Below, piece by piece: positions 1-8,435 of a DNA stretch of 64,000 bases. The notes beneath the pieces were generated by a model, which was not told the DNA's origin, did no database searches, and was given only the letters and a program-made list of their open reading frames with translations. Where the stretch lies: contig CBFHWX010000001.1 of the NCBI GenBank assembly GCA_965659445.1, positions 1,876 to 65,875 on the forward strand, in the 5' to 3' direction. The DNA is from Limisphaerales bacterium (GTDB taxonomy: Bacteria; Verrucomicrobiota; Verrucomicrobiia; Limisphaerales; UBA1100). A program made the translations under genes and the position numbers. How positions within the stretch are numbered: position 1 is the stretch's first letter; every line of letters begins with the position of its first letter.

Positions 1-1214
1 TCCTTGGACACGCCCAGGTTTTCCTCCGCGCATTTCATGGTGACGGGCAGGGTGGCGCCGCTGCTACTGGTGGAAAATGCCAGCAACTGTGCCTGCCCGA
101 TGCCATTAAAAAATTGCTTGATCGAAAGCGGCGTGATGGCTTTCAGCAAGCCAAGGTAAACAATGCTAGCATGCAGCAATAGGCCGATGATTACGGCGAG
201 GCAGTACCAGCCCAGTGAGCCGAGTAGCGTAAGAATTTGTCCCGGGTCATCCTTGGCCAGCATAATGATGGTGTTGGCCAGCAGGGCAAACACGCCAATG
301 GGTGCGATGAACATGATCAAGTGCACGGTCTTGATGACTACTTCCTGAAGCCCCAGGAAAAGGTCGAGCACGGGCCGGCGTTTTTTATCCTCCACCATCA
401 CCAGCGCCGCGCCGAAGAGCAGACTCACAAAAACCACCTGCAGCATGTATTTGTTGTTACTGGCTGACCCAAAAAAATTCTCGGGCACCATGTTTTCAAA
501 AGGCTCCAACGGGCCGCGGGACTTCACCTGCTGAACCGTTGCATCCCGGTCGCTGGCTTTCGATTCGTACTGCGCCATCAGGTCTTTCTTGGTGGACTCG
601 GGGAATCCATCGCCCGGTTTCATGGCGTTGACCACCAGCAGCCCGATGGTCACCGCCACGGCCGTGGTGGCGAGATAGATGCCGATGGTCTTTCCGCCCA
701 AACGTGAGAGCTTTTTGAAATCCGAAAGCGACGCCACGCCACACACCAGAGAGGCTAGCACCAGCGGCACCGCGATGAGCTTAAGCAGGTTCATGAAAAT
801 ATTTCCAAACGGACTCACCCAGTGGCTGGTGAATTGCCGCATGGAGGCACGGTACACCTTCACTGGAGTGGTGTTGCTCACCTTGTTCGTTATGCCGTCA
901 ATGGCGATGGCGAATTGGTCCGGCGGCAAAGTAGCATTTCCGTCCTTGAGCTTCACCGGGAAAATGGTGCCGGGCTTCAATACATTGCGCAGGGTTTTGT
1001 TTTGATCGGCGGCAGAGGCGAAGGATATCGGCGCGCCCTCGCTCAACCCGTGATCGGGAAGGGTGATGATGATTCCCTTACTACCTTGGGTGATAGTGCC
1101 GGGCTCAAGGGTTTGCGTGGTCGCCGCGTCGCGCTTCACACCGACGATTCCAAACACCAATCCCAGCACCATGCCGAGAATGATTTGCCAGTGTAGTTTT
1201 CGGTACCAAGGCAT
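1..1214 (-). CDS. Dicarboxylate/amino acid:cation symporter (DAACS/GltP family), C-terminal end runs off the window
   Basis: Missing from the ORF track because its stop lies outside the window. My reverse-strand translation from the ATG at 1214-1212 reads MPWYRKLHWQIILGMVLGLVFGIVGV and stays open to position 1. It includes PFGNIFMNLLKLIAVPLVLASLV and the family-typical AFSTSSSGATLPVTMKCAEENLGVSK. The + strand ORFs at 163-1196 are antisense to it. Confidence 0.8.
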   Translation of the reverse strand, partial: MPWYRKLHWQIILGMVLGLVFGIVGVKRDAATTQTLEPGTITQGSKGIIITLPDHGLSEGAPISFASAADQNKTLRNVLKPGTIFPVKLKDGNATLPPDQFAIAIDGITNKVSNTTPVKVYRASMRQFTSHWVSPFGNIFMNLLKLIAVPLVLASLVCGVASLSDFKKLSRLGGKTIGIYLATTAVAVTIGLLVVNAMKPGDGFPESTKKDLMAQYESKASDRDATVQQVKSRGPLEPFENMVPENFFGSASNNKYMLQVVFVSLLFGAALVMVEDKKRRPVLDLFLGLQEVVIKTVHLIMFIAPIGVFALLANTIIMLAKDDPGQILTLLGSLGWYCLAVIIGLLLHASIVYLGLLKAITPLSIKQFFNGIGQAQLLAFSTSSSGATLPVTMKCAEENLGVSK

Positions 1215-1314
1215 GACGGCGTAAGTATGCGGGCGGGAGGGCCTCAGCAAAAGGGCAAAAATCTTGAGTAATAAATCTTTTGGAGGCATGCTCCCGCGCC
1301 CTCAAGGGAATGAT

Positions 1315-2613
1315 ATGCGAACGGTTAATATAGGCATTATTGGCGGCGGCACGGTGGGTGGCGGCGTGGTGCAGGCCTTGCGGCGCAATGGCGCGCTGAT
1401 GGCCTCCCGCCTCGGCGTGCGCCTGCGTGTGGGTCGCATTGCCGTGCGCAGCCCGCGTAAAAAACGGCCAGTCAAACTGCCTAAGGCCGCGCTGACGACC
1501 AATTGGAAGGGGGTTGTCAACGATCCCAAGATTGATCTCGTGGTTGAGCTTATTGGCGGTATCACCACGGCTAAAGAAGTCGTGATCGCTGCCCTGCGCG
1601 CAGGCAAGCCAGTGGTCACCGCAAATAAGGCGCTACTTGCGTTCCATGGCGAGCGTTTATTTGCAGCCGCAGATAAGTACGGTGCGAATCTTTATTATGA
1701 AGCCAGTGTGGCCGGCGGGGTGCCGATCATCAAGGTGCTGCGTGAGGCGTTTGTAGGCAACCGTGTAACCCGCCTCTACGGTATTCTCAACGGCACTTGT
1801 AACTTTATCCTCACCAAAATGGGTGAGGGCATGGATTTTGAAGCTGCGTTGAAGATTGCTCAGCAGGAGGGCTACGCAGAGGCTGATCCAAGCCTTGATG
1901 TAGATGGCCACGATGCCGCGCATAAGGTTGGTATTCTCGCCTCGCTTGCGCATGGGTTTTGGGTGAAGCCGGAAAAGGTGTACACCGAAGGCATTCGTCA
2001 CGTGGCACCATTGGATTTGGAATTTGCCAGCAAACTCGGCTATACCATCAAATTGTTGGGCATTGTCAAAACCTCAAAGACAGGTCCAGTGCAGGTGAGC
2101 ATGTTTCCATCCTTAATTCCAAATGATCATGTGCTTGCCAACGTCAGTGATGTGTATAATGGCATTCTCGTACGGGGAGATGTGGTAGGTGACACATTGT
2201 ATTACGGTCAGGGTGCGGGGCAGGATGCCACAGCCAGCGCAGTATTAAGCGATATTGGTGACGCGATTTTGGATTTAGCACATGGTGCCACCGAGCGGAT
2301 AAAGGCTTTCAATTCGCATGAAGCAAACGGCGAGGTGCGGCCGATTGATGATGTGACTAGTTGCTATTATCTCCGGCTCAATGTAATTGATCGGCTTGGT
2401 GTTCTGGCGAAGGTGTCGACCATTTTAGCAAAGAACAAGATCGGTATTTCATCAGTGATCCAGCCTGAAGGGCACGAGGGCAAAAGTGTGCCGCTGATTT
2501 TAATGCTGCACTATGCCAGGAATGGCGCAATGACTCGGGCACTGAAGGCGATCAACAAGTTAGCTTCGGTGAAGGCCAATTCGGTGATGATTCGAGTGGA
2601 GAATTTTGAATGA
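1315..2613 (+). CDS. hom: Homoserine dehydrogenase
   Basis: MRTVNIGIIGGGTVGGGVVQAL is a Rossmann N-terminus. Core segments follow (GANLYYEASVAGGVPII, NGTCNFILT, EADPSLDVDGHDAAHK) and a C-terminal ACT-like region. I chose the ATG at 1315, preceded by AAGGGA, over the TTG at 1264. Confidence 0.9.
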   Translation: MRTVNIGIIGGGTVGGGVVQALRRNGALMASRLGVRLRVGRIAVRSPRKKRPVKLPKAALTTNWKGVVNDPKIDLVVELIGGITTAKEVVIAALRAGKPVVTANKALLAFHGERLFAAADKYGANLYYEASVAGGVPIIKVLREAFVGNRVTRLYGILNGTCNFILTKMGEGMDFEAALKIAQQEGYAEADPSLDVDGHDAAHKVGILASLAHGFWVKPEKVYTEGIRHVAPLDLEFASKLGYTIKLLGIVKTSKTGPVQVSMFPSLIPNDHVLANVSDVYNGILVRGDVVGDTLYYGQGAGQDATASAVLSDIGDAILDLAHGATERIKAFNSHEANGEVRPIDDVTSCYYLRLNVIDRLGVLAKVSTILAKNKIGISSVIQPEGHEGKSVPLILMLHYARNGAMTRALKAINKLASVKANSVMIRVENFE

Positions 2614-3692
2614 GCACGGGACAACATGATGCGGCCCAATGGCGGGGAGTGATTCGGCAATATCGATCCTACCTTCCAGTGGGCGAGGCCACACCGGTAA
2701 TTTCGCTGATGGAGGGAAATACGCCGCTGGTGCGTGTGCCTAATTTTGTGGAGGCCATTAATGGGCAGTTTGAGTTATACCTCAAGTACGAGGGGCTAAA
2801 CCCAACCTGCTCCTTCAAGGATCGTGGCATGACACTTGCCGTTTCCAAGGCTAAGGAGAACGGCGCGCAAATTATTGTATGCGCCAGCACGGGTAATACC
2901 AGTGCCGCCGCCGCCGCTTATGCCGCGCGTGCAAAGCTCATGAGTGTGGTGCTGATTCCCGAAGGAAGTATCGCGCTTGGCAAGCTTGCGCAGTCTCTGA
3001 TGTACGGTGCGCAAACACTGCAGGTGCAGGGCAATTTTGATCACGCCCTTGAGATTGTCCGGCAACTCGGTGAGACCGGAGCTGTTGAGGTGGTGAACAG
3101 CATTAATCCCATTCGGATTGAAGGCCAGAAAACGGCAGCTTTCGAAATATGTGACGCTTTGGGTGATGCGCCGGATATGCATTTTCTTCCAGTGGGCAAC
3201 GCCGGCAACATCACCGCTTACTGGAAGGGTTACCGGGAATATCAAGAAGCGGGCAAAAGTGATACGTTGCCTCGTATGATGGGGATTCAGGCCAATGGCG
3301 CCGCGCCGATTGTTGATGATGCTCCTGTAGAAAACCCACAGACTATTGCCAGCGCCATACGAATTGGCAATCCCGCCAGTTGGCAGCCGGCGAAGGCGGC
3401 CCTACAATTTTCCGGGGGTGCAATCGACAAGGTGACGGATGAGGAAATTCTGGCCGCCCACAAGCTTGTCGCGTCAAAGGAAGGAATTTTTATAGAACCG
3501 GCGTCCGCCACAGCCTTGGCGGGCATCATCAAGGAGCATCAGGTCGGAGGCCTTCCGGAAGGCAGCCTCGTGGTGGCTACAATGACGGGTCACGGGCTAA
3601 AGGATCCGGAAAACGCGGTGGCCAATGCTGGAGTGGAACCGGTGACTGTACCTGCGGAATTGGAGGCGGTGAAGGCCGTAATTGGATTGTAA
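2610..3692 (+). CDS. thrC: Threonine synthase
   Basis: PLP-lysine motif NPTCSFKDRGMT, then ASTGNTSAAAAAYA and a tryptophan-synthase-beta-like fold pattern. The start overlaps the hom stop as ATGA. Confidence 0.9.
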   Translation: MSTGQHDAAQWRGVIRQYRSYLPVGEATPVISLMEGNTPLVRVPNFVEAINGQFELYLKYEGLNPTCSFKDRGMTLAVSKAKENGAQIIVCASTGNTSAAAAAYAARAKLMSVVLIPEGSIALGKLAQSLMYGAQTLQVQGNFDHALEIVRQLGETGAVEVVNSINPIRIEGQKTAAFEICDALGDAPDMHFLPVGNAGNITAYWKGYREYQEAGKSDTLPRMMGIQANGAAPIVDDAPVENPQTIASAIRIGNPASWQPAKAALQFSGGAIDKVTDEEILAAHKLVASKEGIFIEPASATALAGIIKEHQVGGLPEGSLVVATMTGHGLKDPENAVANAGVEPVTVPAELEAVKAVIGL

Positions 3693-3695
3693 CTG

Positions 3696-4922
3696 ATGGC
3701 ATTGATTGTACAGAAATTCGGGGGCACATCCGTCCTCGATACCGATCGCATCAAGAATGTGGCGAGTCGCGTAGGCAAACATCGTCTACGTGGCGACCAA
3801 GTGGTGGTGGTAGTGTCAGCAATGGGTGGTGTGACGGATAATCTCATCCGCCTAGCCGGGGAGATCAACCCGTTACCTAGCGAGCGCGAGATGGATATGT
3901 TGTTGGCCACAGGCGAGCAGACAACCATCGCGTTGCTGGCCATGGCACTGCATTCTCTGGATTTGCCAGCAGTTTCGTTGACGGGGGCACAAGCAGGCAT
4001 CGTGACCGATGGCGTGCACTCAAAGGCAAAGATACAGAACATCACCCCAAAACAAGTGCACGTGATGCTTGATGAGGGCAATGTGGTGATCGTGGCCGGA
4101 TTTCAAGGGCAAACGCCAGACGGGCGAATCACTACGCTCGGGCGTGGTGGGTCTGACTTGACGGCCATCGCGTTAGCCTCGGCATTGAAGGCGGATCTTT
4201 GTCAGATTTATACTGATGTCGATGGTGTATATACCTCAGATCCACGCATTGTGAAGGATGCGAGCAAGATAGATGAGATTTCATACGACGAGATGCTTGA
4301 ATTGGCTGCGACCGGCGCGAAGGTTATGCAGAGTCGGTCGGTTGAATTTGCCAAAAAATTTGATGTGAAATTTGAAGTGCGCTCCAGTTTAAATAATAAT
4401 CCAGGAACCATTGTGACACAAGAATCAGATAGCATGGAGGCCGTGGTTGTCCGCGGCGTGGCATTGGACAAGAATCAAGCGAAGGTGACACTTGTTGGTG
4501 TTCCCGATCAGCCGGGCATGGCTGCGCGGGTGTTCAGCACACTTGCAGGTGCCTCGATTAATATCGACATGATTGTGCAGAACATTAGTCACGGCACGGC
4601 AACGCCGGCAACTGACCTATCCTTTACCGTGGATAAACCTGAACTTGCCAAGGCGCAAAAGGTCATTGATGAGCTGCAGGTGAAAGTGAAGTTTTCCCAG
4701 GTCATTGCCGACGAAGATATTGCAAAGGTGTCCGTGGTGGGTGTGGGTATGCGCACACACTCGGGGGTGGCGGCAAAGGTGTTTGAGACGCTAGGTGAAA
4801 ACAATATCAACATTGAGATGATTTCAACCAGTGAGATAAAAATATCCGTGGTGGTTGAGGGGGGGGATGGAGAAGAAGCTACACGTGCTCTTCACGCGAA
4901 GTTTTTTGATGAGGAAACATGA
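3696..4922 (+). CDS. lysC: Aspartate kinase with tandem ACT domains
   Basis: MALIVQKFGGTSV, VVVVSAMGGVTD, GRGGSDLTA and IYTDVDGVYTSDPR, plus two ACT-like repeats (AKVTLVGVPDQPG and AKVSVVGVGMRTHSG). It starts 3 nt after the thrC stop. Confidence 0.9.
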   Translation: MALIVQKFGGTSVLDTDRIKNVASRVGKHRLRGDQVVVVVSAMGGVTDNLIRLAGEINPLPSEREMDMLLATGEQTTIALLAMALHSLDLPAVSLTGAQAGIVTDGVHSKAKIQNITPKQVHVMLDEGNVVIVAGFQGQTPDGRITTLGRGGSDLTAIALASALKADLCQIYTDVDGVYTSDPRIVKDASKIDEISYDEMLELAATGAKVMQSRSVEFAKKFDVKFEVRSSLNNNPGTIVTQESDSMEAVVVRGVALDKNQAKVTLVGVPDQPGMAARVFSTLAGASINIDMIVQNISHGTATPATDLSFTVDKPELAKAQKVIDELQVKVKFSQVIADEDIAKVSVVGVGMRTHSGVAAKVFETLGENNINIEMISTSEIKISVVVEGGDGEEATRALHAKFFDEET

Positions 4923-5893
4923 GTGGTCCTATCAGCGAGTTTATCCGACAACATTACCGTCATTTCAACGCGGCAACGTTGGTGGACGCGGCTGAGGGCT
5001 ACGAGAAACTACTTGATGGTGGAGGGAGGATGTTTGTTACTGTGGCTGGGGCCATGAGTACGGCCGAATTGGGTCTCTCACTTTCAGAGATGATCCGTCA
5101 GGACAAAGTGCATGGCATCTGCTGTACTGGAGCTAACCTTGAGGAGGATGTCTTCAATCTTGTTGCGCATAATCAATACGAGCGTGTGCCCGATTACCGT
5201 GATCTATCGCCAAGTGATGAGCAGGCCTTGCTCGACAGGCAGCTAAATCGCGTAACCGACACCTGCATCCCGGAAGAAGAAGCCATGCGCCGACTGGAAT
5301 ATAAGATTCTTCCTCGATGGAAAGCAGCTGAGCAAGCGGGTGATCGAAAATTTCCACATGAGTATTTGTATGACTCGCTGTTGAGCGGTGAATTGGAAGA
5401 GTATTATGAGATTGATCCCAAGCACAGTTGGGTTTTTGCTGCAGCCCAAAAAAAAATACCACTCTTCGTGCCCGGTTGGGAGGACAGCACATTGGGCAAC
5501 ATGTTTGCCGGCGAGATTATTTTGGGCAAAATGAACAATGCTGGTATTATTAGGAGTGGTATTGAATACATGATCGAATTGGCTCGATGGTATGAAGAGA
5601 TTACGGCCAACACACCGCTGGGATTTTTTCAGATTGGCGGTGGGATTGCGGGTGATTTCCCAATATGTGTAGTGCCGATGCTCGAACAGGATGTGATGCG
5701 TCCAAAGGTGAATAAATGGGCCTATTTCTGCCAAATCAGCGATTCTACTACTAGCTATGGTAGCTACTCTGGTGCTGTGCCAAACGAGAAAATCACTTGG
5801 GGGAAACTTGAAGTTGGTACGCCCAAGTATGTCATCGAAAGCGATGCCACCATTGTCGTCCCGCTCATCTTCGCACACGTGCTGGGCTGGTGA
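4919..5893 (+). CDS. Deoxyhypusine synthase-like / homospermidine synthase-like protein
   Basis: Family-typical segments: FVTVAGAMSTAELG, GICCTGANLEEDVFNLV and FQIGGGIAGDFP. The C-terminal VPNEKITWGKLE retains the WGK lysine that corresponds to the catalytic lysine region of eukaryotic DHS (from memory). ATGA overlap with the lysC stop. Confidence 0.75.
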   Translation: MSGPISEFIRQHYRHFNAATLVDAAEGYEKLLDGGGRMFVTVAGAMSTAELGLSLSEMIRQDKVHGICCTGANLEEDVFNLVAHNQYERVPDYRDLSPSDEQALLDRQLNRVTDTCIPEEEAMRRLEYKILPRWKAAEQAGDRKFPHEYLYDSLLSGELEEYYEIDPKHSWVFAAAQKKIPLFVPGWEDSTLGNMFAGEIILGKMNNAGIIRSGIEYMIELARWYEEITANTPLGFFQIGGGIAGDFPICVVPMLEQDVMRPKVNKWAYFCQISDSTTSYGSYSGAVPNEKITWGKLEVGTPKYVIESDATIVVPLIFAHVLGW

Positions 5894-5995
5894 GGAAACA
5901 CAGGTCAGCAGCCCAAGCTTCATTGCGCTGCGACACTGTCAGCTGCAAGATATTTACCGCCCATATACAGCAATGTCTTGTCCGCCGATTGATCT

Positions 5996-6220
5996 TTAAA
6001 ATTCTGTAGAGTTGTCACGCGCACCATTGCGCCGCTCCAGCTTGATGACGCGCTTCTTGATAATCTCCAGTTGCTTGGTTAATTCATAGCTAGCTTCAAA
6101 TAACGCCTCTTGTGTCTCTGAGTCGTCCAGTGATGTAATGGCTGGGTTTAATTCCATCATCTCAAGGGCGATGGTTTTGCAGTGGGCTTTGATTTTCTCG
6201 CTGGCTTCGGCTCGGTCCAT
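5996..6220 (-). CDS. Small helical hypothetical protein (74 aa)
   Basis: The ORF lies 8 nt downstream of the SDR gene on the same strand. It is acidic and helical with a coiled-coil-like C-terminus (ELTKQLEIIKKRVIKLERR). I recognise no family. Confidence 0.35.
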   Translation of the reverse strand: MDRAEASEKIKAHCKTIALEMMELNPAITSLDDSETQEALFEASYELTKQLEIIKKRVIKLERRNGARDNSTEF

Positions 6221-6228
6221 TAAAAAAC

Positions 6229-6981
6229 CTAGTAGGTGGCGCGACCGCCGGAAAGGTCAAATACTCCCCCTGTAGTAAACGAACACTCCTCACTTGCTAG
6301 CCAAGCGACCAGTGATGCGGCCTCGTCCACCTCGCCGAAGCGGCCCATCGGGATTTTGCTAAGCATGTAATCTATATGCTGCTGGGATATTTGTTTAAGG
6401 ATATCGGTTTGGATGACAGCCGGTGTGAAGCAGTTTACGAGGATACCGTCTTGCGCTAGCTCCTTACCTAGGCTTTTAGTTAGCCCGATCACGCCAGCCT
6501 TGGCTGCGCTGTAGGCGCTGGCGTTAGGGTTGCCTTCCTTGCCGGCGATGGAGGCGGTGTTGATGATGCGACCCCAGCCATTTGTAAGCATATGCGGTAC
6601 AACTGCACGGCAGCAGATAAACACCGCGTTCAGGTCCACATCGATGACGCGGCGGAATTCTTCCACGGGATATTCCCACGTCTTATAATTGCCACCCGCG
6701 ATCCCGGCATTATTGCAGAGTATATCGATGCCGCCCAGAGCAGCAACAGTGGCCTTGGTTGCGGCGGTTACGGCATCGGTGTCGGTGAGATCCACGGTTT
6801 GTATCTCAACCTTACCGTGCTCGGCCAACACGGTCTTGGCCTCGGTCGCCGCCTCGGCATCCACATCCCACAGGCTTACGTTGGCGCCAGACTGCAGCAG
6901 TCGTTGCGAAATGGCATACCCAATTCCACGCGCGCCCCCGGTGATGACCGCATTTCGGCCGGAAAGATTGATCTGGTTCAT
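6229..6981 (-). CDS. Short-chain dehydrogenase/reductase (FabG / 3-hydroxybutyrate dehydrogenase-like)
   Basis: TGGARGIGYAI, NNAGIAG and the catalytic YSAAKAGVIGLTK. I chose the ATG at 6981 (MNQINLSGRNAVITGG) over the upstream M at 7056. Confidence 0.85.
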   Translation of the reverse strand: MNQINLSGRNAVITGGARGIGYAISQRLLQSGANVSLWDVDAEAATEAKTVLAEHGKVEIQTVDLTDTDAVTAATKATVAALGGIDILCNNAGIAGGNYKTWEYPVEEFRRVIDVDLNAVFICCRAVVPHMLTNGWGRIINTASIAGKEGNPNASAYSAAKAGVIGLTKSLGKELAQDGILVNCFTPAVIQTDILKQISQQHIDYMLSKIPMGRFGEVDEAASLVAWLASEECSFTTGGVFDLSGGRATY

Positions 6982-7062
6982 GGCCGCAGAGAATAGCGAG
7001 GTGGGGCGGTAATGTCCAATTTGAGATTTGGCGAAAAGCCTGCCAGACGTTAACACTCGCCC

Positions 7063-7392
7063 ATGATCAAAACGACCCAGTACATCGTAGTGCTTGTCAC
7101 TGCGCCCAAGCTCACCGTGGCTCGCAAGTTGGCTCGGGGAATTCTCAAGAACCGTCTCGCTGCGTGCGCCAATCTCATATCAGGTGTGGAATCGCATTAT
7201 TGGTGGGAAGGGAAAATGTGCCGCGATGTTGAGATGCTGATGGTGATGAAAACCTCGAGAGCCAAGCTCAAGGTGTTAGAGGAATTTGTGCTTGCTGAGC
7301 ATCCTTACGATACTCCAGAAATTGTGGTGCTTCCCATTGACTCGGGCAATCGTAGATATTTGAAATGGGTTGGGGAAAGTGTGAAGGACTGA
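7063..7392 (+). CDS. cutA: Divalent-cation tolerance protein CutA
   Basis: 109 aa. RLAACANLISGVESHYWWEGKM and EHPYDTPEIVVLPI are typical CutA1 segments. Confidence 0.85.
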   Translation: MIKTTQYIVVLVTAPKLTVARKLARGILKNRLAACANLISGVESHYWWEGKMCRDVEMLMVMKTSRAKLKVLEEFVLAEHPYDTPEIVVLPIDSGNRRYLKWVGESVKD

Positions 7393-7477
7393 TCATCTCA
7401 AAAGTGAATTGCTATTTATTCAATGTTGCTTTTCGGTTGATGAGCCGTCCTTGACATGTGTTATTGGCTTGCTAAAC

Positions 7478-8425
7478 ATGTTCCACATGAAAGGGATTGT
7501 TTGGGTGGTATTAGGGGTTCTGGGTTCGGCAAGCTTATGGGCGCAACCGGTGCCGGAAGGTAAAGGATCAGTGGTGGTGAACCGGGTGTTGGCTGTGGTC
7601 GGTGGAACTCGGGTGATTACCCTACACGATATTCCCCCTAATAGCGAAGAAAGGGAGTCGATTCTGGCCGACCTGATCAATGATGCTTTGCTGGTTCAAG
7701 AAGTGCGTACTCGTAAGGGGTTTGTTATGCCAGCAGGTTTGGGTGAGCGATTACTGGCCAGTCATATAAGGAGAGAGAAAAAACGCCAGCCCGACTATAG
7801 CCGAGCCATCCTGATCAGGGATTTACAGCGGGACGGGATTGCTCTTGAGCAGTTTGAGGAGCAGTTGATTGATAAAGCATTTTTACAACTCACATTGGAT
7901 CCCATTCGCGAATCAGTTCAAGTTTCCCCCCGTGCCGTTAGCGAATTTTCAAAGAACGGACTGAAACAATTGAATCGCGGCCCGTATTCGGATTTTATGG
8001 CATTCCAAATTCCATCGAGTGAGGAAGGTGCTAACGAGTCTGCGGTAAAGGCCTTAGTTGGCAGCATTAAGACAGCAGATGACTTCAAAAAATTAACCAA
8101 GAAACGCAAAGTTGCCGGAGGTGGGCTAAAGGGAAGGGTTTATATTGATCTTGAGAAGACCTGGTACATTGATGCAGAAGTAACGGCAACCTTGTCTGAG
8201 ATCGAAGCAGGGAAAGCCGGATTTCATCTATCCGGTGAAACCTACCATGTGATGTTTGTGACGGAGCGAGGAGAACAGGAGAAACCTGACTTGAACAATC
8301 CTCGTGACCGAGAGATGATCAGGAGGGTACTCTCAGGTCGGCAATTCAACGACCGCCTTCAGCTCAAGATCCAGAGGTTGAAGCAGGAAATCAATGTTTA
8401 CCGGCCGGGTATTGACAACAATTAA
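7478..8425 (+). CDS. Secreted SurA-N-terminal-domain-like chaperone candidate
   Basis: Signal peptide MFHMKGIVWVVLGVLGSASLWA. VVNRVLAVVGGTRVITLHDI and LINDALLVQEV resemble the SurA N-terminal chaperone domain. I saw no PPIase signature. The start could be 7478 or 7487. Confidence 0.5.
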   Translation: MFHMKGIVWVVLGVLGSASLWAQPVPEGKGSVVVNRVLAVVGGTRVITLHDIPPNSEERESILADLINDALLVQEVRTRKGFVMPAGLGERLLASHIRREKKRQPDYSRAILIRDLQRDGIALEQFEEQLIDKAFLQLTLDPIRESVQVSPRAVSEFSKNGLKQLNRGPYSDFMAFQIPSSEEGANESAVKALVGSIKTADDFKKLTKKRKVAGGGLKGRVYIDLEKTWYIDAEVTATLSEIEAGKAGFHLSGETYHVMFVTERGEQEKPDLNNPRDREMIRRVLSGRQFNDRLQLKIQRLKQEINVYRPGIDNN

Positions 8426-8435
8426 AAGGATACCT

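Noticed and set aside
163-1196. Several + strand ORFs of 61-124 aa in the track (163-348, 237-467, 679-1005, 822-1196) and a - strand ORF at 496-744
   Set aside because: All of them lie within or antisense to a long open - strand frame with clear DAACS transporter motifs. That frame is absent from the track only because its stop is outside the window.
1215-1314. Possible riboswitch or attenuator leader upstream of hom-thrC-lysC
   Set aside because: Only about 100 nt are available. I found only a 6-bp complementarity (GAGGGC/GCCCTC) and no recognisable lysine, SAM or T-box elements.
5243-5923. 226-aa - strand ORF antisense to the DHS-like gene
   Set aside because: It has no recognisable motifs, and the sense frame has strong family similarity and operon coupling. 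This is a typical shadow ORF.
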